Below, in pieces: positions 16,174 through 27,003 of a stretch of DNA of 64,000 nucleotides. The number at the start of each line of letters is the position of its first letter. The stretch's first letter is position 1. Position numbers and translations under genes: made by a program. The notes beneath the pieces were generated by a model, which was not told the origin of the DNA, searched no databases, and saw only the letters and a program-made list of their open reading frames with translations. This DNA comes from a virus, in IMG/VR virus record IMGVR_UViG_3300045988_143931, positions 96,001 to 160,000 of that record. One strand, given 5' to 3'.

Positions 16174-17751
16174 ATGCCAAGACCTAAGAAAGTAGATGCA
16201 AATTCTAATGCACCTGCTAAAATAAATAATTCACAGAAGAAAACCACTTCTTCTACTCCAAAACAGCCAACCACAAATGAAATGCGTGAATGGTATGAGA
16301 AAAATAAAAGTAGACTTGAACATTATGAAGACGCAACAAGTGCAATTACAAGTCTTCGAGACATTCAGAAATCATCCAGATATACGTCAATCAGTAACTA
16401 CTCAAAGGAAGATGTAAAAACATACATAAAGAATATCTCTTCTAATGAAAAGAATCTACGAAGCTTATCTCGTTATCTTTATTATCGTTCAGAAATCTAT
16501 TATCGTCTTTGTAAATATTATGCAAATCAGATTGATCTGACAATTCGTAATATAGTTCCCCCTTTTATAATCTCAGGTGAAAACGATATACAATCCACTT
16601 TACAAAAGTATCAAGAAACAGTTGATATAGTTGACACTCTAGGATTGAATTATGAATTTCGTAAAGCTGCGTCTATCACTTTAAGAGAAGATGTATTTTA
16701 TGGATGTGCTTATTATACAGAAGGACAAGGAATGTTTGTTCTTCCATTAGATCCAGATTATATGAAAATAGCAGGTATGTTTCCTGATGGTTCATTTGCA
16801 GGAGCTATGGATATGAGTTATTTCCGTAGTCATCAGGAACTTCTTGAATATTGGGGAGAGCCATTCAATAGTATGTGGAACACATATCAGAGCACAAATG
16901 AAAAATATCAGCTAATTCCAGAAGAATATAATGTATGTATTAAATTTAGGTCTGAAGACTGGGAAACCATCGTTCCCGTGCTTACACCTATATTTTTATC
17001 ATTGATTGATCTTATGGACGCTTCTGATTATCAAGCAGTTCAACAGGCAGCTAATATTTATAAATTAGTGTGGCTTGAAATGAAGACAATGGGTAATGAT
17101 GTAGATGATTGGGCTGTAAATCCAGATATAATGATTCAATATTTTAATCGTATGCTTGAAGAAGCTTTACCACCTTATATCTCTGCTGCTATTGTTCCTG
17201 GTGAATTACATGAAATTAGTTTCCCAGATGATGCTACTGGTGATGTAACAAAGGTTGAAAAAGCAACAAAAGAAATTCTTAATACGGCTGGTGGTGCTCA
17301 GATATTAAATTTAAACTCCGCTTCTAACTCTACTGCCTTTACATATGGCGTACTTGCAGATTCTACATTTTCTATTTCAACTCTTATTCCACAGATTCAA
17401 GCGATTGTAAATCGACTTTTATCTAGTTGGATATCTGAACCTTGTAAAGTTAAATTCTTTGATGTTTCTATTTATCAGAAGGATGATTTTAAAAAATCAA
17501 TCTTGGAATCATGCACTAATGGATTACCAAACAAAATTCTTTATAACACATTGAATGGTGTGTCTGAAAAAGATACGTTATCTATGAACTTTTTGGAAGA
17601 AGACTGTTTGCAACTTAGTTCAAAATTCAAACCACTATCTAGCACTTATACTCAGACAGGTAATAATAAAGGCGGTGGTCAAGAGAAGGATGATTCGGAA
17701 CTTACAGATGCTGGGCTTCGTACAAGAGACGAGAATTTAAATGATAAATAG
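16174..17751 (+). CDS. portal protein (positional call)
   Basis: 525 aa, directly after terL with AAGGAGG upstream. Size and position are typical of portals. No motif verified. Confidence 0.55.
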   Translation: MPRPKKVDANSNAPAKINNSQKKTTSSTPKQPTTNEMREWYEKNKSRLEHYEDATSAITSLRDIQKSSRYTSISNYSKEDVKTYIKNISSNEKNLRSLSRYLYYRSEIYYRLCKYYANQIDLTIRNIVPPFIISGENDIQSTLQKYQETVDIVDTLGLNYEFRKAASITLREDVFYGCAYYTEGQGMFVLPLDPDYMKIAGMFPDGSFAGAMDMSYFRSHQELLEYWGEPFNSMWNTYQSTNEKYQLIPEEYNVCIKFRSEDWETIVPVLTPIFLSLIDLMDASDYQAVQQAANIYKLVWLEMKTMGNDVDDWAVNPDIMIQYFNRMLEEALPPYISAAIVPGELHEISFPDDATGDVTKVEKATKEILNTAGGAQILNLNSASNSTAFTYGVLADSTFSISTLIPQIQAIVNRLLSSWISEPCKVKFFDVSIYQKDDFKKSILESCTNGLPNKILYNTLNGVSEKDTLSMNFLEEDCLQLSSKFKPLSSTYTQTGNNKGGGQEKDDSELTDAGLRTRDENLNDK

Positions 17752-17762
17752 GAGTTGATGGA

Positions 17763-17942
17763 ATGAACCAAAAATTTATACAAACGCAAGATGCACCTAC
17801 TGCTACTCTCCTATCTCAATTAGGATATCAACAGGTGCAAAATTCTAATGGTATTTATGTATTTTTGAATACTGATACCCTTCGGTTTTCAGAAAATATA
17901 GATATAAATAAATTAAAGTATACAAATATGCTTACATTTTAG
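17763..17942 (+). CDS. small hypothetical protein (59 aa), below ORF-track cutoff
   Basis: ATG 17763 after AGGAG. Translation is MNQKFIQTQDAPTATLLSQLGYQQVQNSNGIYVFLNTDTLRFSENIDINKLKYTNMLTF. Followed by hairpin AGTCG...CGACT plus TTTTATT. Confidence 0.4.
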   Translation: MNQKFIQTQDAPTATLLSQLGYQQVQNSNGIYVFLNTDTLRFSENIDINKLKYTNMLTF

Positions 17943-17996
17943 TCGTCTTCCTTGGGCGACTTTTATTATGTCAGAAAGGAGGAAAAGACTAAGTAG

Positions 17997-19694
17997 ATGC
18001 CAAAGGTTATTAAAAAGAAAATTTTAACTGAAGATGATTTACTAAAATTCTGTCAAGAGCAGAAATTTGCAAAATTTAGTTCTAAAGATACTGGCTATCA
18101 GTTGGCTTTAAAAGTACCTACTACTTTTGAGATAGATGATACCGTAGATGAAAATCATCGTGGAATGATGCGTCTTAAATTCAGAATTTTTCATACAGGA
18201 CTTAACAGAAATAAGAGTTATGTATCAAAAGATGCTGCTGAGAAAGCAATGAATACAATTGCTGACAGACCCGTGTTGGCTGCAATCCATCAGCTTGCAG
18301 ACGGAACTTGGGATTTCGAAGGTCATGAGATGGAAATTGTTAAAGACGAAAAAGGTAATGAAGAACTTAGATATATTGAATCTCAAGTTGGCTCTTTCTC
18401 ATCTGAACCTGCGTTTTGGGAACATGATGATAATTTAGATAAAGATTATGTATGTGCTTATGCTTATATAAGTGAAGAATATACAAAGGCTTGTGAGATT
18501 ATTCGTGCCAAACAAGGTTCAAAAAATAGTTGCGAGCTTTTCATTGATGAACTCTCCTACAACGCCAAGGAGAAGTATCTTGACTTAAACGATTTCTATG
18601 TAAATGCTTCTACTTTATTAGGAAGTCATGATGACGGCACAGAAATTCAGGAAGGTATGGAAGGTTCTCGTGCCGATATTGCGGATTTTAGTGTAAATAA
18701 CAATTCAGTAAAATTTGACAAAGATGAAAAAATGATTGAACTCTTAGAAAATCTTAACAAGACACTTTCTAATTTCAATAAAGAACAGACTTCTGTTCAA
18801 ACACAATCAAAGGAAGGAGGAGCAAATAATAAAATGACAAAATTTGAAGAGTTACTTGCCAAATATGGTAAGACTGCTGAAGATGTAACATTCGACTATG
18901 CAGAAATGTCAGATGAGGAACTTGAAGCAAAATTCGCTGAGATGTTCGATAATGACAATTCAGACGGAGACAATTCAGATAACGGAGAATCTGGTGAGCC
19001 TTCCAATGATGGAGAAGGTGATGGCGAAGAAGCTTCAGAACCAGAAGGCGATGAAGGTGGAAGTCAGACTTTTGAAAAGATTGTTCGTACATATGAAATT
19101 TCTCATGAAGATACAAGATATGCGCTCTATAATCTGTTAGCACCATATGAAGAGTCAGATAATGATTATTACTACATCTCAAATGTATTTGATTCTTATT
19201 TTGTATATGAGGGTTGGTGTACTGATAAAATCTACCGCCAGAACTATACGAAAGATGGTGACAATGTTGCATTTGATGGTGAACGTATTGAATTATTCCG
19301 TGAGCTTTTAACAGCAAGTGAGAAGGCTGAACTTGAATCCATGCGTTCAAATTACGCTGCCCTCAAAGAGTTTAAAGAGACAGCAGAAAAGAATGAACTT
19401 CATACACAGAAAGAAGCCATTATCAATGCTGATAACTATTCTGTTCTTACAAAGAAAGATTCAGAGGGAAATTATGTAAATGCTGATTTCGCTGAATTAG
19501 TAAAGACTATGGATAATTATTCCGTAGAAGATTTTGAAACAAAGGTAAAAGTTATGCATTCAGATTATATGTCTGCACATGCAAACTTCTCTTCTACTGG
19601 CACAAAGAAAAACACAAATTCAGTTAAGATGTTTATGAATGTGAATAGCACAAAAAAGAAAAATAGTCGCTATGGAAATTTAAAGTTTAATTAA
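17997..19694 (+). CDS. head morphogenesis protein (scaffold and/or prohead-protease-like), with acidic low-complexity tract
   Basis: 565 aa between portal and capsid genes. D/E/G/S-rich stretch DNDNSDGDNSDNGESGEPSNDGEGDGEEASEPEGDEGG. Functional call is positional. Confidence 0.35.
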   Translation: MPKVIKKKILTEDDLLKFCQEQKFAKFSSKDTGYQLALKVPTTFEIDDTVDENHRGMMRLKFRIFHTGLNRNKSYVSKDAAEKAMNTIADRPVLAAIHQLADGTWDFEGHEMEIVKDEKGNEELRYIESQVGSFSSEPAFWEHDDNLDKDYVCAYAYISEEYTKACEIIRAKQGSKNSCELFIDELSYNAKEKYLDLNDFYVNASTLLGSHDDGTEIQEGMEGSRADIADFSVNNNSVKFDKDEKMIELLENLNKTLSNFNKEQTSVQTQSKEGGANNKMTKFEELLAKYGKTAEDVTFDYAEMSDEELEAKFAEMFDNDNSDGDNSDNGESGEPSNDGEGDGEEASEPEGDEGGSQTFEKIVRTYEISHEDTRYALYNLLAPYEESDNDYYYISNVFDSYFVYEGWCTDKIYRQNYTKDGDNVAFDGERIELFRELLTASEKAELESMRSNYAALKEFKETAEKNELHTQKEAIINADNYSVLTKKDSEGNYVNADFAELVKTMDNYSVEDFETKVKVMHSDYMSAHANFSSTGTKKNTNSVKMFMNVNSTKKKNSRYGNLKFN

Positions 19695-19722
19695 AAACTT
19701 AATACAACTAACAATCAACATG

Positions 19723-19750
19723 CTCGTTGCTTTTTTGCAACGAGTTTTTT
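19723..19750 (+). terminator. intrinsic terminator
   Basis: CTCGTTGC-TTTTTT-GCAACGAG followed by TTTTTT. Confidence 0.7.
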
Positions 19751-19780
19751 AATGAAAAAATTTTAAGGAGGAATTTTATT

Positions 19781-20257
19781 ATGGCAAATATGTCAATTAA
19801 GTATGAAATTGCCAAACATGCAACTGCTAATCCTTCTAATGTTTTAGCAGCAAATTATGGCGAGCATATGTTTTCTGTTGAACTTACAACAGATACCGAT
19901 AATGGTAATTTAATCGCAATCGGAGATTGGAAGAGTCTCGATCTTTATAAAGAAGCTGCTGTAACTACTTTTACAGGAAAAATCGTACAGCAGATGAGCA
20001 ATGGCAATTATCTTGTACTCGTTACCGATCCTGGAGATGCAGTTTTAGTATATTCCGTTCCTGTTGGGGCTGAAGATTGGACTAATACATGGAAGAAAGA
20101 GTCAAACCTTTACAATCTGGCTGGCGACAGAGTTCGTTGCTATGGTTTACACAAATATGACACTTTTGAACTTTCTACTGAAGGATTCGATGGAAAACCA
20201 GAGGTAGGAAAGGCAATCACAGGCGTAAGTGCTAAGAAACTTACCGTTGAAGTTTAA
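19781..20257 (+). CDS. head-associated protein (decoration/scaffold-like, positional)
   Basis: ATG 19781 after AAGGAGG. ORF-track start 19727 lies inside the terminator. 158 aa. Confidence 0.4.
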   Translation: MANMSIKYEIAKHATANPSNVLAANYGEHMFSVELTTDTDNGNLIAIGDWKSLDLYKEAAVTTFTGKIVQQMSNGNYLVLVTDPGDAVLVYSVPVGAEDWTNTWKKESNLYNLAGDRVRCYGLHKYDTFELSTEGFDGKPEVGKAITGVSAKKLTVEV

Positions 20258-20281
20258 TTATGGAAGGAGGTTTAAAATAAT

Positions 20282-21391
20282 ATGTTAGTATTTTCTGATA
20301 ATTTAAAAAGAGTATTCTCTAAACCAGAGAATGATTTCGAAGGCTTTAGAAAGCTTTTCTATGATTATACACATGGTATAACAGTATATGATGAGGACGG
20401 AAACGAAGTTCCTAAGAATGCTGTAAACGCAAAAATTAACAGTGTTTGTTTCGATATTTTAGGATTAGATCCTACACAGAAATATTCAAAGAGAGATATT
20501 AAAAGAGCAATGAAGAGAAACGGTCTTGAACTTATGGAGGTTCTTGAGGATACTCTTGATATTAAGGTTACAACTGGTTTACAGGAAAATGAATTCTTTA
20601 ATCAGTTTGTTGAGTCAAAGAATATTTCTCAGGGAGATAAAAATGAGTTCTGGACAGATAAGGATGTAATTCTTACTGTTGCTAAAGTATCTGGGGATCA
20701 TCATGACTTATCAATGCAGAAACTTGCAGAGGGTGAATCTTTCTCAGTAAAGACATCCAACTACGCAATCAAGGTTGGTATGGATATTGATGTATATCTT
20801 ACAGGTCGCAAAGATTGGTCTAAGTTTGTTGATGCTGTATCAATCGCTATGCAGGAAGAAGTTCAGAATGATATGCTTACAGAGGTAATGTCTGTAGGTG
20901 ATAAAATTCCTGCACAGGAAGTATTCCATGTAACAAAGGAGATTACTGCTTCTAACAAGGAATCTTTTGATCAGTTACTTGATGATGTTTCTGCTGCTAA
21001 TGGTGGAGTTGATGTAACAGTATTCGGTTTAAAGACAGACCTTAAAAAGCTTAATGCATTTACAGATGTTGATTGGGCTACAGATGCTCAGAAAGAGGAT
21101 ATGGCAAAACTTGGTAGACTTGGTACATACGAGACTACTACTCTTGTCGAAATCCCACAGAGATTTGTTAAGAATGATGTTACAAAGAAACTCATCAAGC
21201 CTGGTACTCTTCTTATTGTTCCTAATGTTGACAATAAGTTCTGCAAGTTTGTAGATGTTGGAGAAACAGAAATTGTTGAGGTTACTGAAAAGGCTGATAG
21301 AGCTGACGACTTCATGACATACGAAGTACAGAGAGAAATGGGCATCGCATGTATCTTTGATAGATACTTTGGTGTTTGGACTATTGCCTAA
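20282..21391 (+). CDS. major capsid protein (positional call)
   Basis: 369 aa. GGAAGGAGG upstream. Followed by a strong terminator, typical of a highly expressed capsid gene. Confidence 0.5.
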   Translation: MLVFSDNLKRVFSKPENDFEGFRKLFYDYTHGITVYDEDGNEVPKNAVNAKINSVCFDILGLDPTQKYSKRDIKRAMKRNGLELMEVLEDTLDIKVTTGLQENEFFNQFVESKNISQGDKNEFWTDKDVILTVAKVSGDHHDLSMQKLAEGESFSVKTSNYAIKVGMDIDVYLTGRKDWSKFVDAVSIAMQEEVQNDMLTEVMSVGDKIPAQEVFHVTKEITASNKESFDQLLDDVSAANGGVDVTVFGLKTDLKKLNAFTDVDWATDAQKEDMAKLGRLGTYETTTLVEIPQRFVKNDVTKKLIKPGTLLIVPNVDNKFCKFVDVGETEIVEVTEKADRADDFMTYEVQREMGIACIFDRYFGVWTIA

Positions 21392-21411
21392 ATAAAAAAA
21401 ACAGAAGTTAT

Positions 21412-21443
21412 AAGAGGTTGGTATAATCCAGCCTCTTATTTTT
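21412..21443 (+). terminator. intrinsic terminator
   Basis: AAGAGGTTGG-TATAAT-CCAGCCTCTT followed by ATTTTT. Confidence 0.7.
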
Positions 21444-21464
21444 ATGGAACGAAAGGATTATAAA

Positions 21465-22007
21465 ATGGCTTATACAAAGAAAACAACAACTCCAAAGACG
21501 GAGAATAAAGAAGAAAAAGAATCTACAGTTAAAAAGGAAGTTAGAAAGTTTGATGCAACAGATGCCATTGAATGTAAATCAATTGTTTCTGGATGTCTTG
21601 GTATGATTGGAATTAAATCAGGTGTGAATTATGAATGGGCTGGTCGTGGCGATGTTACAGAGGTGGAGTATCAGGATCTTGTAGCTGCTATTCGTTCAGG
21701 TAAGAGACATATTACAGAACCTTTCTTTATCATTCAGGACGAAGATTTTCTTGCAGAATTTCCGCAGGTTCAGAAAATTTATACAACTATGTATTCAGTT
21801 GGCGACTTAGAAGATTTGTTAATTAACCCAGATGCAGATACCATGATTGCGACAATTGAAACACTTCCAGATGGTGCAAAAGAATCAATTAAAAATATTG
21901 CAGCAACTTTGATAGCAAACGGACGTGTTGATAGCGTAAAGAAAATAAAAGCACTTGATGCATTTTATGGGACGAATTTTACACTGATGTCTGAATTATT
22001 TGAATAG
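21465..22007 (+). CDS. hypothetical virion/head-completion protein
   Basis: ATG 21465 after GAAAGGA. ORF-track start 21444 sits in the terminator T-tract. Confidence 0.45.
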   Translation: MAYTKKTTTPKTENKEEKESTVKKEVRKFDATDAIECKSIVSGCLGMIGIKSGVNYEWAGRGDVTEVEYQDLVAAIRSGKRHITEPFFIIQDEDFLAEFPQVQKIYTTMYSVGDLEDLLINPDADTMIATIETLPDGAKESIKNIAATLIANGRVDSVKKIKALDAFYGTNFTLMSELFE

Positions 22008-22022
22008 TAAGGGAGGCTCACA

Positions 22023-22478
22023 ATGACGCTTCCATACGAAACAATTTTTTCACGAACAAGAGGACGAATTTCAGATCCGAAAGAACTTTATCTTGACGAA
22101 AACGATTTGCTTGAAATATATACAGAAAGATTGCATAACGTAATCTCCAATCCAAGAGTGCGTAGACTATTCTCTTCTCTTACACTCGATGACGAAATTC
22201 AACAGTTGTATTTTACGCTGAATAATTCAGTAGACGAAACGGCTGATATGAATTTTGTTGTAGGAATTCTTGTACTTGGAATGACGATTGAGTGGTTACA
22301 ACCACAGGTTGATTCTATTATGCACACATCAGTAATGATAGGTGGTAAAGAAGAAAAGAAGATACTTGATAATCATAAAAATATGATTGACCGTCTTGAT
22401 TCCATGAAAACTGAATTGAACAAACGCATTCGTGATTACGGATATATGTACAATTCTTATATCAATACGGAGTCCTAA
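22023..22478 (+). CDS. head-tail connector-region protein (positional)
   Basis: 151 aa. GGGAGG upstream. Tightly packed with neighbours. Confidence 0.4.
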   Translation: MTLPYETIFSRTRGRISDPKELYLDENDLLEIYTERLHNVISNPRVRRLFSSLTLDDEIQQLYFTLNNSVDETADMNFVVGILVLGMTIEWLQPQVDSIMHTSVMIGGKEEKKILDNHKNMIDRLDSMKTELNKRIRDYGYMYNSYINTES

Positions 22479-22479
22479 T

Positions 22480-22845
22480 ATGCAATACATATATGGCAAC
22501 TTTACAGACAAGCAAATCAATGAAGCAGTTCGTGCAATGCATGGCGACATTCACAAACTACTGCTCTATAAAGACAAAACAATTGAAGAGAAAATATTTG
22601 AAGATGATGAAGCATTTCTCGTTTTCTTTGAAAACGTTATGTTTAAATTAGGTGGTACAAAAAATTTATTTAACGACAACGGACTTATGGTAACTCTTAT
22701 GGCAACTTTACAAGGTGCTATGGATAATTTCAAGAGTGACCATTTTAGTTACAAAAAATTCCGTAGGGCAATCTTAGATTCTCACGGATATATTAAGCAG
22801 ATGTTTGAGGGAGGTGTAAGCGATGCCGAGTCTACAAACAGCTAG
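22480..22845 (+). CDS. head-tail connector-region protein (positional)
   Basis: ATG 22480 lies 1 nt after the upstream stop. 121 aa. Confidence 0.4.
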   Translation: MQYIYGNFTDKQINEAVRAMHGDIHKLLLYKDKTIEEKIFEDDEAFLVFFENVMFKLGGTKNLFNDNGLMVTLMATLQGAMDNFKSDHFSYKKFRRAILDSHGYIKQMFEGGVSDAESTNS

Positions 22846-24088
22846 GCGTGTCGCAAACGCCAAGAACAACGGTGCTAAAACTATTGGTCAGATTTATAAG
22901 GAACAGTCTGACGACATGATGAATTGGACTTGGGACAATGATAAGCAGAGTAAAAAATGCTATATCTATGATTGGAAACATGACGATTCGCCAGATATAA
23001 ATGTTGGTATGACATATGAGAATACCACAAAGACACCGATTGATGCAAAGATACTTGTAAGTAAGTATGGTTCTATTGATAAGGACTCTCCTACTTTACA
23101 GTGTCAGTTTAGACCAAAACAGAAAGAATACTTTACAGAAGATGATGAGCTATTCTATATGGAAGAATACAGAAAGAAGTACCAATTAGTTGATATTTTT
23201 GTGGGGATGTTTTTGGATATTCCAGATAAAGATGGACTTTATCATAAACACTTAATCTGTATGAAAGATGTTGAACAGGACTTTCAGAAGTATTTCATTT
23301 TACCTTGCGATTATCTCTTGCAGTGGATTCAAACAAAAGCAGATAAAAGATATAAGAGAAGTATGTGGTGCGTTTTAAAATCACAGTCTAGTTACAACTC
23401 AGGAATTTGGGTAGATAACGTGACTGCAAGCCAACAGAATCAGGAACTTCTGTTTATTCCAACAAATGAAATATCTGATACCATCTATTATGTTTCTGAA
23501 GATAACAATAATAATCAACGACTCATTGTAGATATTCCAAATTACTCAATTGAAAATTGGACACCTAATACATGGGTGGTCAGCAAGGTGGAACGAGTAA
23601 ATGTTCGAGGAAGGACAAAACTTACTCTATATCAGAAACCATTCAACAACAATACTGATTACATCGAAAAAGATGAAAATGGTATTATAACAGGTCTTTG
23701 GGCTAACTATTTTGGTGGCACTGCCCCAATAGATCCATCTACTCCAATTACTCCCCCATCTTCTATCACAGCAAGAATTTCAGCATCCACTTCAACAATC
23801 AAAGTTGGTGGCAGCTATAAAAATCTCACAGTAAATCTATTCAATGATTCCAATGAAGATATTACAACTGAATATGCTGATGCAATCTTTACATGGACTT
23901 GCTCTATTGACGATGAAGATTGGACTGATAAAGTAACATGGCGAGCTGGTACACAGTATAACCAAAAGAAAGTAAAGTTTCATAATGACACTTTTACTAT
24001 CGGCAAAATACTGTCTGTTAAGTGCGAGATTATTAAGGATAACTTACCGATTGAATCTGAGATTTTGCCATTAGAATTAACTGAATAG
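22823..24088 (+). CDS. virion structural protein with C-terminal Ig-like-looking domain
   Basis: 421 aa. ATG after GAGGGAGGTG. The C-terminal ~100 aa (SITARISASTSTIKVGGSYKNLTVNLFN...) looks like a bacterial Ig-like repeat. Confidence 0.4.
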   Translation: MPSLQTARRVANAKNNGAKTIGQIYKEQSDDMMNWTWDNDKQSKKCYIYDWKHDDSPDINVGMTYENTTKTPIDAKILVSKYGSIDKDSPTLQCQFRPKQKEYFTEDDELFYMEEYRKKYQLVDIFVGMFLDIPDKDGLYHKHLICMKDVEQDFQKYFILPCDYLLQWIQTKADKRYKRSMWCVLKSQSSYNSGIWVDNVTASQQNQELLFIPTNEISDTIYYVSEDNNNNQRLIVDIPNYSIENWTPNTWVVSKVERVNVRGRTKLTLYQKPFNNNTDYIEKDENGIITGLWANYFGGTAPIDPSTPITPPSSITARISASTSTIKVGGSYKNLTVNLFNDSNEDITTEYADAIFTWTCSIDDEDWTDKVTWRAGTQYNQKKVKFHNDTFTIGKILSVKCEIIKDNLPIESEILPLELTE

Positions 24089-24098
24089 GAGGTGTTTT

Positions 24099-24761
24099 AT
24101 GGCAGAAAAATTAGTTACAAAGAATGACCTGTTAAATAAACTTCGTGCATATAACAACACTCCTGACGATGAAAATATTTTATATAAAAAAAAAATAGAA
24201 AAGGCTTTGTTATCAAACCCTTGTTTACTTTATGCACTCAATGAAAAAACGTTAGAGTCTGAACTTTTTGATGATGATGGCAATATCAATTGGGAATGGA
24301 ATGAAGAAAAGAAGGAATACGAGCCTCTTGGAGAATGGGATAGATATTTTTCAGATACAGCAGGTGATGGAAATATACTTCCGTATTTATTTATTCCAGA
24401 CACTCAGACAAAAGTACGAAATTATATTTGTTATCAAGTAAGTTTTCAAGACACAGTTAGATATCAACCTGGATTAAAAGAAACGTTGGTTACTTTTACT
24501 ATTTTTGTTCATGGCAATGATAGGATGGATAAATTAACAGGTATTCCAAGACACGATCTTATTGCTTCTATTATAAGAGAACGATTTGCATGGTCAAATG
24601 TATTTGGGATGCAAACGCACATTATATCAAATCGTGAATCTACTACGGATAACAATTACGTTGTACGTACTCTTGTGTTCCAACTTACAGATTTAAATAG
24701 TAAGGTTCAGACACCTTATGGTGGACAATCACAGATGATGAACTATCAGTTAAGGCGGTGA
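24099..24761 (+). CDS. hypothetical tail/neck module protein
   Basis: 220 aa. AGGAGGTG upstream. Confidence 0.4.
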   Translation: MAEKLVTKNDLLNKLRAYNNTPDDENILYKKKIEKALLSNPCLLYALNEKTLESELFDDDGNINWEWNEEKKEYEPLGEWDRYFSDTAGDGNILPYLFIPDTQTKVRNYICYQVSFQDTVRYQPGLKETLVTFTIFVHGNDRMDKLTGIPRHDLIASIIRERFAWSNVFGMQTHIISNRESTTDNNYVVRTLVFQLTDLNSKVQTPYGGQSQMMNYQLRR

Positions 24762-24765
24762 TATT

Positions 24766-25602
24766 ATGGCACAGCAAGATACTGATATGTTAGACGGGCT
24801 TCAAGCTGCTGTCATAGCCGAAGCCCAAAAGAAAAAAGAGAATACACAAGAATATAAATTTGATTCACTTAAAATGTATTTTAAAGAAGATTACTTTGTT
24901 AAGGGTATTCGCATTGTGCAACCGACTATAGGCAATATTCTCAATATCGGTGAGTCAAAATTTTATTCTGGTCTTTCGCCTTTTCTGTACAATTCTACTT
25001 CTATTCGTGTAATGTTATGGGATTTACCTCAACGAATAGATTGGTGTAAAGTAAAAGATATCGAAGTGTTTGGAATGTTAAAAAGCACAACAAATACTGA
25101 TAATTCTGCAATTCAATTATTATTTCCAGATTATAGAATTGAACATATGCAGTTAATGCAGTTTCAAGAAAAAGATTCTGACAAACCTCAGTTATGCTTA
25201 TATGATTCTGAAAATAATTTTATTTTAAAAGAATCTGAATATATGGAAATAGCAGAATATATTAGAACTCTGCTTAATATACACCCAAAAATAGAAAAAG
25301 CAAAAGGTAAAACAACAAAACAATGGATGATAGATGAAGATAGAATGAATATGGCACAGCAAGAAGTTAAAAATTCTTCTACTCTTTTACCTCTTATATC
25401 AGCGTGTATCAATCATCCTGGTTTTAAGTATAAATTACAGGAATTAAGAGATGTTGGGATTTATGAATTTATGGATTCTGTTCAAAGATTGCAGATATAT
25501 GAATCTACCCATGCACTTATGAGTGGAATGTATAGCGGTTTTTGTGATACATCTAAAATTTCAAAAGAACAATTTAATTTCATGCGTGAAATACATGAAT
25601 AA
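24766..25602 (+). CDS. hypothetical tail/neck module protein
   Basis: 278 aa. Followed by terminator AGAGCGAT-TTGT-ATCGCTCT plus TTTTTT. Confidence 0.4.
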   Translation: MAQQDTDMLDGLQAAVIAEAQKKKENTQEYKFDSLKMYFKEDYFVKGIRIVQPTIGNILNIGESKFYSGLSPFLYNSTSIRVMLWDLPQRIDWCKVKDIEVFGMLKSTTNTDNSAIQLLFPDYRIEHMQLMQFQEKDSDKPQLCLYDSENNFILKESEYMEIAEYIRTLLNIHPKIEKAKGKTTKQWMIDEDRMNMAQQEVKNSSTLLPLISACINHPGFKYKLQELRDVGIYEFMDSVQRLQIYESTHALMSGMYSGFCDTSKISKEQFNFMREIHE

Positions 25603-25673
25603 ACAAGATTAGAGCGATTTGTATCGCTCTTTTTTAATACAAAAAAAATAAAATTTAAGGAGGAATTTAGATT

Positions 25674-26465
25674 ATGGCATTTAAGTTAGGTGACGTAATT
25701 ATTGACCGTCTTCAGTTCGGTTATGGTGCTACAAAGACTAAAGCTCTTTATGCACTGACACAGTTGACAAATGCAACTATTGATATCACTGCTGATTCAA
25801 CAGATATCAAAGATAAAGATGGTAACTTGATTTATAGAAAGTATTCAGGTAAGAGTGGTGAAGTTACTGCTACTAATGCATTCATGAACCTTTCTGTAAT
25901 TGAAGCTATTTCTGCTCAAGATGCTGAGATTGCTTCTGATTCTAATACAATTGTTATGCCTATTTTTAAGATTGTAAAAGCAGGTGAAACACTTGATATT
26001 ACAGATGCTGTTGAGGATTCATTTATTGTAAATGCACTTTCAGCGAATGGTTCACTTGGAAAGGCTTATACAAAAGGTTCTGCTGTTTCTGCGACAGAAT
26101 TCAAAGTAGACACAGAAACAGAACACAAACTTACACCACCATCAGATCCAGAGGAAACACAGTATCTTATTAAGTTCAAGAAAAATGTTAAGAGTGGTGC
26201 TAAACTTACAATTTCTGGTGATAAATATCCAAAGGCACATGAGTTATACTTCAAGGCTCTTGCGGTTGATAAATGTGAAATTGGAAGCTATCGTGGTTGT
26301 ATTATTCATATTTCATCATTCATGCCAAGTCCAGAAGTAAGTCTTGCACTTCAGGGTGGAGATTCACAGACAATGGATTATAAGGGTGCAATCCTTACAA
26401 ATGCATGTTCTACATCTCAGGATATGGTTGAAATCTACTTTGTAGACGAAGAAGAGGAAGTCTAA
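25674..26465 (+). CDS. major tail (tube) protein (positional and compositional call)
   Basis: 263 aa. AAGGAGG upstream and its own terminator. Thr/Ala/Ser-rich beta-type sequence typical of siphovirus tube proteins. Confidence 0.5.
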   Translation: MAFKLGDVIIDRLQFGYGATKTKALYALTQLTNATIDITADSTDIKDKDGNLIYRKYSGKSGEVTATNAFMNLSVIEAISAQDAEIASDSNTIVMPIFKIVKAGETLDITDAVEDSFIVNALSANGSLGKAYTKGSAVSATEFKVDTETEHKLTPPSDPEETQYLIKFKKNVKSGAKLTISGDKYPKAHELYFKALAVDKCEIGSYRGCIIHISSFMPSPEVSLALQGGDSQTMDYKGAILTNACSTSQDMVEIYFVDEEEEV

Positions 26466-26535
26466 TCTTTATACAACCAAAACATATTTAGAAGAGTGGT
26501 CTTCCACTCTTCTATTATATTAAGGAGATGAATGA

Positions 26536-26913
26536 ATGAGCAAGAATGATTTAAGAATGTGCTGCGTTTGTCATGAGGAGTATTCATTTTGCCCAGTTTG
26601 TAATCCAGAAGACAGATTAAAACCCACATGGCATTTTGCTTATTGTAGTGAAAATTGCAAAGACATTTACAATATTACTTCTTCATTTGAAGATGGACGC
26701 ATGACAGATATTGAAGCAAAAGCAAAATTAGAAAAACTCGATTTAAGCAAAAAAGAATATTTGGGTGAAAGTTATCAAAATTCTATTGCTTCAATTATGA
26801 AGGCAAAAACACAAGTTATTAAGAAAGAAAATAAAAAGGCAGAAGTTAAATCTGTCAAAAAGGATATTGTTACGAAAGTCGAAAACGAGGCTGAAAGTGA
26901 TGTTGAACAGTGA
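26536..26913 (+). CDS. small zinc-ribbon protein
   Basis: CCVCHEEYSFCPVCN...YCSENC. Lys-rich tail. Followed by an 11-bp-stem terminator AGGGGAATATA...TATATTCCCCT. Confidence 0.45.
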   Translation: MSKNDLRMCCVCHEEYSFCPVCNPEDRLKPTWHFAYCSENCKDIYNITSSFEDGRMTDIEAKAKLEKLDLSKKEYLGESYQNSIASIMKAKTQVIKKENKKAEVKSVKKDIVTKVENEAESDVEQ

Positions 26914-27003
26914 TTTTGAAAACTCTATAGGGGAATATAACATTACTGTTTAATGCTATATTCCCCTATTTTTTACGAATATTGTATGGAATGAAAGGAT
27001 AAT

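Noticed and set aside
18775-19350. Long antisense ORFs inside large genes (e.g. 18775-19350, 34341-34763, 43632-43976, 46197-46580, 15717-16001, 21088-21345, all minus strand)
   Set aside because: Each is fully nested opposite a well-supported plus-strand gene. They lack SD sequences and have biased, repetitive composition typical of shadow frames.
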